A program made the translations under genes and the position numbers. The notes under the pieces were generated by a model. The model saw only the letters and a program-made list of their open reading frames with translations. It searched no databases and was not told the DNA's origin. This document shows positions 36,601 through 51,600 of a stretch of 64,000 nucleotides of DNA, piece by piece. The first letter of the stretch is position 1. Every line of letters begins with the position of its first letter. The stretch lies in contig OY969767.1 in the NCBI GenBank assembly GCA_963702895.1, forward strand, positions 1,824,001-1,888,000, written 5' to 3'. Origin of the DNA: an uncultured Elusimicrobia bacterium. Its GTDB lineage: Bacteria; Elusimicrobiota; Elusimicrobia; 2-01-FULL-59-12.

Positions 36601-39600
36601 CCCGGGGTTGTTAAAACCATTCAGAAAGATGCCCGGTGAAGGGTTCACCCGGGTGTTTTTCATCAGGAGGGTTTCGGCATTGGAAGAGTTGTTGAAATAG
36701 ATCTCGGCCGTCCCATTCGCGCTGGGTGCGCCGGCCGCGTCGTAGCCGAAGCGGCTGTCGATCACGACGTTGTGGGTCGAGTTCTCAACATGAATCCCGA
36801 TGTTGCTATTTCCCCAGACATTGTTTCCGATCAAGGTGTTGTTCGTGACAGCGTTATAGAGCTGCAATCCGTAGCTCGTATTCCCCGACACTTGGTTGCC
36901 GATCAGGATAATGTTGCTCACCGAATCTCGAATATTGATTCCCAGGCCTTGATTCCCTACCACGTTGTTGCCGCTCAAGGTGTTGTTGGAGCCCGTAATC
37001 CTGATTGCGTCACCCCCGCTATTGCCCGACACGGTGTTTCCACTGAGGGTGTTGTTCGCCGAGGCGATGCTGATGCCTCCGTCCGTATTGCCCGACACGA
37101 TGTTTCCGCTGTAGGTGTTTTGTGTGGAAGTGCCGTAGTGAGAGATTCCGGCGAGGAGGTTCCCCAGCACCCGGTTGCCGCTAAAGATGTTATGGATAGA
37201 GCTGTTGGAGACTAGAATGCCAGACGCGGCGTTTCCGGACACGATGTTGCCGCTGACGGTGTTGGTGGACGCGTTGCTGAACACTATCCCGATATACGCC
37301 ATCCGATAGATCACGTTCTGGTTGATGTGGATACCTTGCGCTCCCGATCTGAGAGTGACCCCGCTGTAGCCGTCATGCACCGTGGAGCTCGAAATTGATC
37401 CCTTCGCCGCAGTCCCATCCCAGGCGAGGCCGTATCGGCGCGCGTCGAACGCTGCCCCCAGAAAGGTGAACTCGCCGTAGGTCAGACTGAAGCTCGTGGC
37501 GCTTCTTGCCAGGTTCTGGATGTAAGCCGTGTTGGCCAGGGTGTCGGTCCCCGAGGAACGCACGACGGCGTTCCGCGTGAGGTTGGCCACGATGGTCGGC
37601 GTCGAGGCGTAATGGTTGATCGTCAAGGCCGGCGTAAAGCTCAAGTTTCCGCCGTCAATCGAGGTAAGGGTCACGGCTTCGGTGTCGATGGTGATCAGGT
37701 CGCCGTTCGACCAGCCGGTGACCGGCGCGACGACGGACACGGAGGTCGCGCCGGGTCCGACGTCCGACGTCGCCGTCGTGTAGGGGGTTTTGGTACTGCC
37801 GTAAACCACGAAGTTGCCGCCGTTGTTGACGATGAGACCGTACTGCCCAGCATAAGTACCAGAAGCGAGAATTAGAGAAGCGAGAGCAGGAGAAACGAGA
37901 GGGTCGGCTGCCGTGCCCAGGGTCAGGGTCCCGCCGGCGGCCACCGTCATGCCGCCGCCCACCATCGTCAAGGTGCTCGAGTTCACCGTGCTGAATTGCA
38001 GCGTGCCGTTAATGGTGGTGGTCGAGGCCGTGGCACTGGAAATATCGAGGGTCACCGTGTGGCCCGCCGCAATCACCACCGGATTGCAGGAGGTCGGCAC
38101 ATACCCTTTGTCCCAGGTGCTGTCGAGTCCCCAGCTCGCGCTTGCCACTGAGGTCACGGTTTCGCAGCCGTAGCCCCAGGTGATCTTGTTCGAGGTGTCG
38201 TTTTGTTCAAAGGCGTCGCCCGCCAAGGCCCCTTCGTAGCCGCCGTTGGCCCACTGGAGACCCGTGCTGGAACCTAGGATCGTGTAGTTGTATTTGTTTG
38301 TGAGCGCCGCGTCGCCATTATTGCCGTAGTGGACGCCGATCAAGGTGACGGTGCTTTGGGTGACGTCGTTCAAGCTCAGGAGCCTTCCCGCCGTGACGCC
38401 GGCGCGTCCGCCGACATAGTCAAACGTCGAATACCGGACAAAGAAAGGCCCGGTGCCAGAAAGCTGGATGCCGTCTTCGTCCATGCGAGTGAAGGAAGCG
38501 TGCTGCACGGTGAACATCCCGGAGGAGACAAAGGTGTAGTAGGTGCTCGAACTACCCAACCAACTCACGAGCGTCGGCGCCGCAGGCACTCCCACTGCTC
38601 TGAACCCGGCTCCGGGTGCAACCGTGATCTTGGATCTCCCCGTATTGTTGTTCCAGGTCGATCCCGACGTCGCCGACTTGCCAAAGAGGAGCTTCTTCTG
38701 CACGCCGGCGTCTTGCGAAGCGGCCAGAAGCGCAAAGTCGGCCATGTCCCCCGCGGCCGGCGTGGTGTAGGTGACGGTGAGCATGAACTGCGTGGGTCCG
38801 GCCGCGGGGAAAGGCTTACTCACTCCTGAGGTGTTGTAACTCCCCATGTATCCCGTGCTGCTCCCCTGCACTTCCCATGCGAGCCCTGTCCAAGTGATGG
38901 TCACAAGCTGCGAAACGGCGGTTGTGTCCGAGGTGGAGTTCACCGCGAAGGTGGAGCCTGAACCCCACATCACTTTGAGGTTCGTGGCCGTTGAGGTGTA
39001 GAGTTGGGAAGCGTAGTCCAGCGTGAGTGTGGAACCCACAATGTTGTAGTCCCCATAGACCTGGAGAGTACCGGGGTTTGTGCTGTAGTTCACGAGGTAT
39101 GAGCCGGCTGTCGTAAAGCCTGTGGTCTGAATGCCAGGGGTGGGATTGACCCATGAGTTTTTCAGGACCAGGGTCGTTGAACTGGCCCCATGCAGTTCGA
39201 TTTCGGGGTTGCCATTAGGGAGAGAAACCGCCGCGCTCGAATAGCCGATGAAGCAGTCGACACAAATATTATCTTTGGAGCCACCCCAACTGTCGATTCC
39301 CGCTACGTTCGAATACAGGCTGTTGGCTATCAGGATGTTGCTGTTAACGCCTTCGAGAGCAAATCCATCGTTGTTGCCATACACTAAATTTGAAACGATC
39401 GTATTGTTGTTGGCACTTCCAACCATATAAAGCCCGCTGCTGGTATTGGAGAAGATCCGGTTGAGGGTTAGGCTGTTGTTGGTTGCCCCATTCATGCCGA
39501 ATCCCCCGGCGCCGTTCCGATAGACATAGTTCGAGTTGAAGGTGTTGTAGTGAGAACCAAACCCGACATCAAAACCGCCGCCGCTACTCGCATAAACGTT

Positions 39601-42600
39601 GTTCGAGGTGAACGCTGTGCTTAAGGTGCTGCGGACGTAATAGCCTTGTGTGTTGTTGTAGATATTGTTCATCAACATGAGCGCGCTGTTCGCCCCATAT
39701 AAATGTATTCCATAGTAACCATTTCGCACCGTTGAACTGGAAATGGAGCCCCTAGGGTACCCTAGCCCGACATAAGTCAAGGAGACGCCGCAGGTGTTAT
39801 TTCCAGTACAGCTATTGCTGTTACCTAAGTAAATGAATTCTCCGTAGGTCACAACGAAACTGGTCGCGTTTTCGACTAGACTCTTGAGGTAAGCGGTGTT
39901 CGCTGATGTATTGGTACCGGAAGAGCGCACGACCGCGTTGCGCGTGAGGTTGGCCACGATGAGCGGCATGGTCGAATAATAGGCTGAGATGGTCCCCGGC
40001 GTGAAGTCGACGCCCGAGCCCGAGAAGCCGGTGATCGTGGCAGTCACCGAGTCGATCGTGATCAGGTCGCCCACGTTCCAACCGGTCATCGGTCCCACGA
40101 CATCCACATGCGTGGCGGATTTCGCTACATCCGCGGTGGCCGTGGTGTAAGGTGTCTTCGTAGCTCCATAAACAACGAAGTTCCCGCCGTTGTTCACGAT
40201 GAGACCGTACTGCCCAGCATAAGTACCAGAAGCGAGAATTAGAGAAGCGAGAGCAGGAGAAACGAGAGGGGCGGCTGCCGTGCCCAGCGTAAGGGTCCCA
40301 CCCGCGGCGACTGTCATATTGCCGCCGACCATGGTGAGGGTGCTCGAGTTCACTGTGCTAAACGCCAGGGTGCCGTTAATCGTGGTGGTCGAGGCCGTGG
40401 CACTGGAAATATCGAGGGTCACCGTGTGGCCCGCCGCGATCACGACCGGGTTGCAGGAGGTCGGCACGTACCCTTTGTCCCAGGTGCTGTCGAGTCCCCA
40501 GCTCGCGCTTGCCACTGAGGTCACGGTTTCACAGCCTCTCCCCCACAAGATCTTGTTGGAGGTGTCGTTCTGCTCAAAGGCGTCGCCCGCCAGGGCTCCC
40601 TCGTAGCCGCCGTTGGCCCACTGGAGACCCGTGCTGGAACCTAGGATCGTGTAGTTGTATTTGTTTGTGAGCGCCGCGTCGCCATTATTGCCGTAGTGGA
40701 CGCCGATCAAGGTGACGGTGCTTTGGGTGACGTCGTTCAAGCTCAGGAGCCTTCCCGCCGTGACGCCGGCGCGTCCGCCGACATAGTCAAACGTCGAATA
40801 CCGGACAAAGAAAGGCCCGGTGCCAGAAAGCTGGATGCCGTCTTCGTCCATGCGAGTGAAGGAAGCGTGCTGCACGGTGAACATCCCGGAGGAGACAAAG
40901 GTGTAGTAGGTGCTTGAACTATCTAACCAACTAACCAACGTTGGAGAAGTCGACACCCCCACCGCCTGGAACCCGGCGCCAGGGGCGACTGTCAACTTAG
41001 AACGGCCGGTGTTGTTGTTCCAGGTGGAACCAGAACTGGCTGATTTCCCAAACTTGAGTTTCTTCTGGAGGTTCTGGTCCTGGGAAGCGGCCAAGAGCGC
41101 GAAGTCAAGGAAGTCGCCATCAACCGGCGTCGCGCCGACCACGGTGAGATGGAACTGGGGACCCGCGGCGGGGCAGTCTGTGCTGCCGCCCGCAGCGCCC
41201 GAAATTGTGCAGAGCGTGCCCGGAGTAGACGACCCGGAGACCTCCCAGCGCGTCAAGGCGCTGTTGTAGGTGATCGTGATGAGCTGGCTCACGGCATTGG
41301 CGTCGCTCGTCCAGGTGACGCTGGAAGTGTGCGTGCCGCCGACCGCGCGCTTTAAGCTCGGTGTCGTAGCGCTCGATAGATAGAGCCTGGAGGCATAGTC
41401 CAGCGCCAGCGTCGAGCCGGAGACCGTGTAGTCGCCATACACCCGAACGGTGCCGGTATCCAAGTCCTGGTTGTAGGAGAGGAGGTAATTGCCGGGGCGG
41501 TTAAAGCCCGTAAGGTTGATCCCCACGGTGGGGTTGACGCGCGTGTTTTTCAGGAGGAGGGTTTCGGCGTTCGCGGTGTTGAAGGAGATCTCGGCCGTGC
41601 CATCCGCGCTGGGTGCGCCGGCCGCGTCGTAGCCGAAGCGGCTGTCGATCACGACGTTGTGGGTCGAGTTCTCAACATGAATCCCGATGTTGCTATTTCC
41701 CCAGACATTGTTTCCGATCAAGGTGTTGTTCGTGACAGCGTTATAGAGCTGCAATCCGTAGCTCGTATTCCCCGACACTTGGTTGCCGATCAGGATAATG
41801 TTGCTCACCGAATCTCGAATATTGATTCCCAGGCCTTGATTCCCTACCACGTTGTTGCCGCTCAAGGTGTTGTTGGAGCCCGTAATCCTGATTGCGTCAC
41901 CCCCGCTATTGCCCGACACGGTGTTTCCACTGAGGGTGTTGTTCGCCGAGGCGATGCTGATGCCTCCGTCCGTATTGCCCGACACGAGGTTTCCGCTGTA
42001 GGTGTTTTGTGTGGAAGTGCCGTAGTGAGAGATTCCGGCGAGGAGGTTCCCCAGCACCCGGTTGCCGCTAAAGATGTTATGGATAGAGCTGTTGGAGACT
42101 AGAATGCCAGACGCGGCGTTTCCGGACACGATGTTGCCGCTGACGGTGTTGGTGGACGCGTTGCTGAACACTATCCCGATATACGCCATCCGATAGATCA
42201 CGTTCTGGTTGATGTGGATACCTTGCGCTCCCGATCTGAGAGTGACCCCGCTGTAGCCGTCATGCACCGTGGAGCTCGAAATTGATCCCTTCGCCGCAGT
42301 CCCATCCCAGGCGAGGCCGTATCGGCGCGCGTCGAACGCTGCCCCCAGAAAGGCGAACTCGCCGTAGGTCAGACTGAAGCTCGTGGCGCTTCTTGCCAGG
42401 TTCTGGATGTAAGCCGTGTTGGCCAGGGTGTCGGTCCCCGAGGAACGCACGACGGCGTTCCGCGTGAGGTTGGCCACGATGGTCGGCGTCGAGGCGTAAT
42501 GGTTGATCGTCAAGGCCGGCGTAAAGCTCAAGTTTCCGCCGTCAATCGAGGTAAGGGTCACGGCTTCGGTGTCGATCGTGATCAGGTCGCCGTTCTGCCA

Positions 42601-45600
42601 TCCGGTGATCGGCGCGACGACGGACACGGACGTCGCGCCGGGTCCGACGTCCGACGTCGCAGACGTGTAGGGTGTTTTGGTGGAGCCATAGACGACGAAG
42701 TTGCCGCCGTTGTTGATGGTCAGCCCGTATTGTCCTGCGGTTCCCCCATAGGCCAAGACCAAGGTCGCGGTCGAGCCCGCCGGAATCGGCGTGGCCGCGG
42801 TGCCCAGGGTGAGGGTCCCGCCCGCGGCCACCGTCATCGAGCCTTTGACCAACGTAAAGGTGCTTGACTGGACCGTGCTGAACTGCAGGGTGCCGTTCAC
42901 CGTCGTCGTTGACGCCGTCCCGAGTCCCGTGTCCAGCGTCACAACGTCGCCGGCCAGGATCGTCACCGCATTGCAGGTGCCAGGCACTTTCGCCGTTTTC
43001 CAGGTGGAGGCGCTCGACCAGTTGCCGCCGCCCGTGCCGTTCGAGGTGATGGGACCGCCAAAACTCCACCAGAGATTGTTTCCGGCATTGACGCTCTCGC
43101 AATCGGTCACGATTTGAATGCCGCCCGAGGCATTGGAGTCTTTCACGTTGACGTTCTGCACCGACTGCGTAGCCCCGGTGGCCAGGACGATGAGCCACTG
43201 CGAGCTGTCCTTCACGCTCCGCAGGCCGAGCTTCGTCCCGGAGGGTGGTCCGAGCGAGAGAGAGTTGAGAGCAGAGAAACTAGAGGGGGCAACGGCAAAC
43301 TGCAGCGTCGTGCCTTGGGCGAGTGCGGTGAAGGTACCGACCACCAAGCTGTCGCGGAAGCGCACGCCGCCCGCTGAGGTGTTCGTGATATCCAGCCAGG
43401 CGTACGTGCGGGTGGAGGACCAGACGTTTTGGACGGCGGAACCGCTGAGCGTCATGGTGCTGGTTCCGGCGTTAAAGACTGTGTTCGTGCTGATCGTCAC
43501 GTCTCCGGCGACCGTAATGGAGGAGCTTCCGGCCGTGAACGTCCCGGAGGAAAGCGTGAGACTCCCTGCTGTTTGGAGTGCGTCCTTCAAAGTGAGGCCA
43601 GCGCCCGTCACCTGCATGTGATAGAAGGATTTTCCGGCACAGGTGGACTGCTGCACCGAAGCGCCGGCGAAGATGACGGTGCTCGTCCCGGCGTCAAAAT
43701 TGCCGGAGCCGGTGAGGTCGATCCCGGAACCATTTAAGGTGACGACGGACGTCCCGAGCTGGACCACGCCGGTCTGGCGCCAAACGCCATTCACCGTGAC
43801 CGAGCTTCCTTCGGGCTGGAGGCCACCAGCGATAACCAGGTTCTGGTTGGTGGTGAGCTGACCTTTGGGTTTGTAGCTGGTAGCGGGCCAAACATAGAGC
43901 GATTTTCCCGAGGCCGTGGTGAGGGCCGTGCCGGTGACGGAGTAGATCGCGGTCATGTCGGCGTTGCCGTTGTTCGCCGCGGCCAAGAGCGCGTTGGTGA
44001 CCGGAGTTCCCTCCGGAACATCGGAGCGAACGATCAAGTGGTCTTGGTAGAGATCGATTTGGGCATTGGATTCACCCGAGGCCAACACGGCGGTGACCGC
44101 TTTTTCACTTGCCCCGGAGAGATACAGCGCAATGGTGGCACCAGGGGTGAGGTTTAAGCCGCTGAAAGTGAACTGGCCGCTTGTGTCGGTCGTAGCCGTG
44201 TAAGCGGGCGCGGCGCCATTCACGGAAAGCGCCACCGTGCGCCCCGAGCCCAAAGGCGTCGTGCCGGTGTCGGCGTAGGCGGTTCCGGAGATGCCCGGCA
44301 AAGAGATCATTGCAAAGAATCCCACCTGCCGTCCGCCGATGGCGCTAAAATTACCACCCACATACGCCGTTCCGCCGGAAACCACGAGGGCTTTAACCTC
44401 GCCATTCGCGTTGGGGTTCCAGGAAGTGGCGTTGCCGCTGGAGTCCAAGGCCGCAATACGATTGCGCGTCTGGCCGCCAATCGTGGTGAAATTGCCTCCC
44501 GCATAGACCACACCACCCGAAACCGCAAGGGCGTTGACACCGATGTTGACGTTGCCAACGTTCCAGGCGGTGGCGTTGCCGCTGGAGTCCAAGGCCGCAA
44601 TACGATTGCGCGTCTGGCCGCCAATCGTGGTGAAATTGCCTCCCGCATAGACCACACCACCCGAAACCGCGAGGGCGCTGACGGTGTTATTGACGGTGCC
44701 AGCGTTCCAGGACGTGGCGTTGCCGCTGGAGTCCAAGGCCGCGATATAGTTGCGCGTCTGGCCGCCAATCGTGGTGAAATTGCCTCCCGCATAGACCACA
44801 CCACCCGAAACCGCGAGGGCGCTGACGGTGTTATTGACGGTGCCAGCGTTCCAGGACGTGGCGTTGCCGCTGGAGTCCAAGGCCGCGATATAGTTGCGCG
44901 TCTGACCTCCGATGGTGGTGAAAGAGCCTCCCGCATACACCACACCACCCGAAACCGCAAGGGCCACGACGCTGCTGTTGACAGCGCCAGCGTTCCAGGA
45001 AGTGGCGTTGCCACTGGCGTCTAAGGCCGCGATATAGTTTCGCGTCTGACCTCCGATGGTGGTGAAATTGCCTCCCGCATAGACCACACCACCCGAAACC
45101 GCGAGGGCGCTGACGGTGTTATTGACGGTGCCAGCGTTCCAGGACGTGGCGTTGCCGCTGGAGTCCAAGGCCGCGATATAGTTGCGCGACTGGCCACCGA
45201 TCGTGGTGAAAGAGCCTCCCGCATACACCACACCGCCCGAAACCGCGAGGGCGCTGACGACAGCACTGGCGTTGGGGTTCCAGGACGTGGCGTTGCCGCT
45301 GGAGTCCAAGGCGGCAATAGAGTTGCGCGTCTGGCCGCCGATCGTGGTAAAGCCCCCTCCCGCATACACCACACCATCCGAAACCGCAAGGGCCACGACG
45401 CCGCTGTTGACAGCGCCAGCGTTCCAGGAAGTGGCGTTGCCACTGGCGTCCAAGGCCGCGATGCGGTTGCGCGTCTGGCCGCCGATCGTGGTGAAGTAGC
45501 CTCCCGCATACACCACACCACCCGAAACCGCGAGGGCGTTGACGTCGTTGTTGACGGCGCCAGCGTTCCAGGAAGTAGCGTTGCCGCTGGCGTCGAGTGC

Positions 45601-48600
45601 GGCGATGCGGTTGCGGGTCTGGCCGCCGATCGTGGTGAAAGAGCCTCCCGCATACACCACGCCACCCGAAACCGCGACGGCGCGGACGCTGTCGTTGACG
45701 GCGCCAGCGTTCCAGGAAGTGGCGTTGCCGCTGGCGTCGAGTGCGGCGATGCGGTTGCGGGTCTGGCCGCCGATCGTGGTGAAATTGCCTCCCGCATACA
45801 CCACGCCGCCCGAAACCGCAAGGGCCCTGACGAAGTTGTTGACGGCGCCAGCGTTCCAGGAAGTAGCGTTGCCGCTTAAGTCCAAGGCCGCGATACGATT
45901 GCGCGTCTGGCCGCCGATCGTGGTGAACTCACCTCCCACGTAAACTGTTCCACCGGAGAATGCAAGAGCCACTACCCCGCTGCCCTCGGCATTCGGATTC
46001 CAGGCGGGGTCCACCTGTCCGCTGGGTAGTATATGGGCGATGTTGTTGCGGGCCAGACCGCCTACGTGCGTAAACCATCCCCCGATATACCATCCACCTC
46101 TTCCATCCGGCACCGCCGCGTAGACCGCCCCTGCCACCTTGGCATAGGGCGAAACAGGCAGGCCGGTTGCCTCGGAAATCGGCACCCCTGAGCCCGTGTT
46201 GGGGCCCACCATGGTGAAAGACCCGCCAATATAGGTCGTGGTGCCGTCACGCAGCACCGCAATGACAGTACCGTTGGTCGTCCAGGCCTGGTCGTTCGGG
46301 ATGTCCGACATCGGCACGATCACCCAATTGACGTTGTTGCCGGAATCCACACAGCCTTGGTTGTTGGTCGTGCAGTAAAGCGTCTGGCCGCCGGAGGCGT
46401 TGTTGTCCTTGACGTCCAAGTAGCCGAGGCTCTGCACACCCGAGGTGGACAGAGCCAGATACGCCTGCGTGCTCGGGGTGCTCGAGCGCAAGGACAAGCG
46501 CGTCGTGACCGAAGACCCCTGCAGGGTGAGCGTCCCCAAGACGGTCTGCGTGGAGTTCGCCGGCAGCGTCAAGGTGTAGGGCGAGGTGGCGATCTTGACC
46601 AAGTCGAAGAACGTGGTCGAACCCGTCAAGCTCTGGTGGGTGCCGTTGAACGTCACGGAAGAGCCGCGGGCGGTGAAGGCGCCGCCGCTTGCCGCCCAAT
46701 TGGAGCTGATCGTGACGCTGTAGCTGCTCGTGGTCATGTCGAGCGTCCCGGCTGAAAGGGTGAGGTTCTCTTGGATGGTGAGTCCGCCGGTCGCATTGAA
46801 GGTGCCGCCGGAGCCATTAATAAGGAGATTGCGATAAGTCCATGTCGAGAGCACCACCGAAGCCCCGGTGGCATTGTAGGTGACGGTGGAGCCGGCGAGC
46901 GTATTGGGGGCCAGGGTGACGGTCTCGCTTCCCTTTAAGACGAGCGTGCCGGACAAGGTAAAGCTGGACGGCGTGAAGTTATACCCGGCCAGGGTCAAGG
47001 TCCCGCCGGCGTTCACGGCGGCGGTGCTGATGACGGTCGCCGCGCCCAGCGTCACGGCGTCATTGTTCAGGATCACCACCGCGTCGCAGGACCCCGGCGT
47101 ACCCGAGGGACTCCAAGTCGCGGCGCTCGACCAGTTTCCACCTCCGGTGCCGTTCGAGTTGTAAGCGGTGCCGCCACCACTAAAGGTCCAATTGACCGTG
47201 TGCCCCAGATTTTGGGACGGGCAACCGGCCGCGATCGTTTGGCCGCCCGCGGCGCCGGCGTCGTTGTCGATGACTTCCACGTAGCTGACGTTGTTCGACC
47301 CCGTGTTGTTGAAGTAGGCGTAAGTCCCGGGAGCTGTGGAGCGAATCGCGACGCGTTTGCCGCTCGCGCCGTTCAAGGACAGAGTGGTGAAGGTGAACGT
47401 GGAATTGGCTTGGAAGTAAACCGTGGTGGCGCTCGAGAGTCCCGCGCCATTCAAATAGAAGGTGTTCGCGGTGAAGCTGGAGGCAAACGTCACGCCGCCG
47501 GAGGTGGTGTTGGAATCTACCAACATCGTGAAGCTCGTGCCGCTCGGTTCATTAAAGGTTTGGGCGGCGCTGCCACTGAAGGTGAGGGTGCTCGTGTTCG
47601 GGATGAACTTGCCGCCGCCGTTGGTCCAGTTACCGCCCAACACGATCGCGGCGCTCGAGGTGTCGAGTGTGCCGGCATTCAAGGCCAGGCTCCCGGTCAA
47701 GGTGATCGCGTCCTTGAGCGTGAGCCCAGCGCCACTCACCGTCACGCTGTAGAAGGACTTGCCGGCGGAGGTGGACTGCTGGACCGAAGCGCCGGCGAAG
47801 ATGACGGTGCTGGTCCCCGCGTCAAAGGTGCTCGAGCTCGAAAGCACAATGCCCGAGCCGTTCAAGGTGACCACGGAGGTCCCCAAATAGACCGCGCCCG
47901 TCTGGCGCCACTCGCCGTTCACAGTCACCGAGCTGCCCTGGGGCTGTAAGATGCCGGCAATAACCAGGTTGTTGCCGGTCGTGAGCTGGCCTTTAGGTTG
48001 GTAAACGCGGTTCGACATGACATAGAGCGATTTGCCGCTTGCGGTGGTGAGTGCGTTGCCGGTGACCGAATAGATTGCGCTCATGTCGACGTTGCCGTTG
48101 TGCGCGGCGGCAAGCAGGGCGTTCGTGACCGGCGTTCCCTCCGGAACATCAGAGCGAACGATCAGGTGGTCTTGGTAGAGATCGATTTGGGCATTGGATT
48201 CACCCGAGGCCAGGACAGCGGTGACGGCTTTCTCAGACGCCCCGGAGAGGTAGAGCGCGATCGTGGTGCCGGGGGTGAGGTTCAATCCGGTGAAAGTGAA
48301 CTGGCCACTCCCATTGGTTGTGGCGGTGTAGGCGGGGGCGGCGCCGTTCACGGAGAGAGCGACGGTCCGCCCCGACCCCAAAGGCGTTGTGCCGGTGTCG
48401 GCGTAAGCGGTCCCGGTGATGCCGGGGACCGAGAGCATCGCGAAACCTCTTGCCGGCCGTCCGCCGATGGCAGTGAACTGGCCTCCCACATACATTATTC
48501 CGCCGGAGACCGTCAGTGCTTTGACCTCATCATTCGCATTGGGGTTCCACGAAGTGGCGGTGCCGGTGCCACTCAGGTTTATCACCGCGAGGCGCTCGCG

Positions 48601-51600
48601 CGACTGTGGGCCAATCGTGTGAAAGGCTCCTCCCACATAGACCACACCACCTGAAATCTCTAGGGTCCAGACAGGGTCACTGGGATCAGGGTCCCAAGAG
48701 GTGGCAGAGCCGGTACCGCTCACGTTCAGCGCGGCAAGATGGGAGCGCGATTGACCGCCGATCCCTAGGAAGTATCCTCCCGCATACACCAAACCGCCGG
48801 AAAACGCGAAGTCGTCAATGTCGAATCCATTGATAGTGTCTGGATTCCAGGAGGTGGCGTTGCCGGAAGCGTCCAAAGCGGCAATTCGGTTGCGCGTCTG
48901 ACCACCGATCGAGCTGAAGGAGCCTCCCACATAGACCAAGTTGTCCGAAACCGCTAGGGCGAGTACCGAGCTATCTCCGTCAGGATTCCAGGAGGTGGCG
49001 TTGCCGCTCCCGTCCAGCGCGGCGATACGATTGCGCGTCTGGCCGCCGATGGAATTGAAGTTTCCTCCCACATACATCAAGCCGCCAGAGAGGGCGAGGG
49101 TGTATATCGTGCTGCTGGCATTCGGGTTCCAGGAGGTGGCATTGCCGGAAGCGTCCAGAGCGGCGATGTAGTTGCGCGTCTGGCCGCCGATGGAACTGAA
49201 ATTTCCTCCCGCATACACCGTTCCGCCGGAGGCGACAAGTGCCCGAACCGTGCTGTTAGCATTCGGATTCCACGCGGTGGGATTGCCCGAGGCATCCAAA
49301 GCGGCGATATAGTTGCGCGTCTGGCCGCCGATGGAACTGAAGTAACCTCCCGCATACAACACCCCGCCCGAAACCGCGAGGGCATAGACGGTGCTATCCA
49401 CATTGCCAGCGTTCCAGGAAGAAGCGTTGCCGCTGGCATCAAGTGCAGCCATGCGGTTGCGCGTCTGGCCACCGATCGTGGTGAAGTAACCTCCCGCATA
49501 CATCGTTCCGCCGGAGAGGGCAAGAGCCGATACCGTGTTATTGGCATTCGGATTCCACGAGGTGGCATTGCCGGAAGCGTTCAAAGCGGCTATGCGGTTG
49601 CGCGTCTGGCCACCGATCGTGATGAACTCACCTGCCACATACACCGTTCCGCCGGAGGCGACAAGAGCATGCACGTAGTAACTGGCATTCGGATTCCAGG
49701 AGGTGGCGTTGCCGGAAGCGTCCAATGCGGCGATGTAGTTTCGCGTCTGGCCGCCGATGGTGGTAAAGTGGCCTCCCGCATACACCGTTCCGCCGGAGAC
49801 GGCAAGAGCGTGTACGTAGGGCCAGAAGCCTCCGGCGTTGGGGTTCCAGGAGGTGGCATTGCCGGTGGTAGTGTCCAAGGCGGCGATGCCGCTACGGGTT
49901 TGGCCGCCGATCGTGGTGAAGCTGCCTCCCGCGTAGACCAAGCTGCCGGAAACCGCCAAGGCCTGAACATAGGCAACGCCACCACTGGCGTTGGGGTTCC
50001 AGGACGTGGCGTTGCCCGTGGCGGTGTCCAGGGCGGCGATGCGGTTGCGCGTCTGGCCGCCGATGGTGGTGAAGAAGCCTCCCGCATACACCACACCACC
50101 CGAAACCGCGAGGGCGTAGACGATGCTGCTGGCGTTGGGGTTCCACGCCGGGTCCACCTGGCCGCTGGGCAGGATATGGGCGATGTTGTTGCGCGCGACG
50201 CCTCCGACATGGGTGAAGTTGCCTCCGATATACCAGCCGCCGCTTCCATCCGGCACCGCCGCCCTGATCCCTCCGTATTGCGATACTGTCACCTTGGGGT
50301 AAGGCAAAACCGGCAAACCGGTGGCCTCGGAAAGGGGCACCCCCGCGCCGATGTTCGGGCCCACCTGGGTGAAAGATCCGCCAATATAGGTGGTCGTACC
50401 GTCATGCAGGACCGCATAGACAGTGCCGTTAGTCCCCCACGCTTGTTCATTCGGAATGTCCGACATCGGCGCAAAGACCCAGTTCGTGTTGTTCCCGGAG
50501 TCCAAGCATCCCTGGTTATTCGTCGTGCAGACCAGCTGCTGACCGCCGGAGGCGTTGTTGTCCTTGACGTCCAAATAGCTCAGGCTCTGCACACCCGAAG
50601 TGGACAGCGCCAGATACGCCTGGGTGCTCGGGGTGCTCGAGCGCAAGTACAGGCGTGTGGTCGTGGACACGCCAACGAGCGTGAGCGTCCCCTGCACGGT
50701 CTGCGTGGAGTTCGCTGGGAAGGTGATCGTGTCCGTGGCCACGGCATACTTCACGAAGTCGTAGAAGGTGGTCGAGCCCGTCAGACGCTGGTACGTGCCG
50801 TTGAACGTCACGGAAGATGCGCGCGCGGTGAAGGTGCCGCCGCTTGCGATCCAGTTGGAACTGATCGTGACGCTGTAGCTGCTCGTGGTCATGTCGAGCG
50901 TCCCGGCTGAAAGGGTGAGGTTCTCTCGGATGGTGAGTCCGCCGGTCGCGCTAAACGTCCCTCCGCTCCCATTAATAAGGAGATTACGATAAGTCCAGGT
51001 AGAAAGTACCACGGAGGCCCCTGTGGCGTTGTAGGTGACGGTGGAGCCGGCGAGCGTATTGGGGGCCAGGGTCACGGTCTCGCTTCCTTTTAAGACGAGC
51101 GTTCCGGACAAGGTAAAGCTCGACGGCGTGAAGTTATACCCGGCCAGGGTCAAGGTCCCGCCGGCGTTCACGGCGGCGGTGCTGATGACGGTCGCCGCGC
51201 CCAGCGTCACGGCGTCATTGTTCAGGATCACCACCGCGTCGCAGGACCCCGGCGTACCCGAGGGACTCCAAGTCGCGGCGCTCGACCAGTTTCCACCTCC
51301 GGTGCCGTTCGAGTTGTAAGCGGTGCCGCCACCACTAAAGGTCCAATTGACCGTGTGCCCCAGATTTTGGGACGGGCAACCGGCCGCGATCGTTTGGCCG
51401 CCCGCGGCGCCGGCGTCGTTGTCGATGACTTCCACGTAGCTGACGTTGTTCGACCCCGTGTTGTTGAAGTAGGCGTAAGTCCCGGGAGCTGTGGAGCGAA
51501 TCGCGACGCGTTTGCCGCTCGCGCCGTTCAAGGACAGAGTGGTGAAGGTGAACGTGGAATTGGCTTGGAAGTAAACCGTGGTGGCGCTCGAGAGTCCCGC

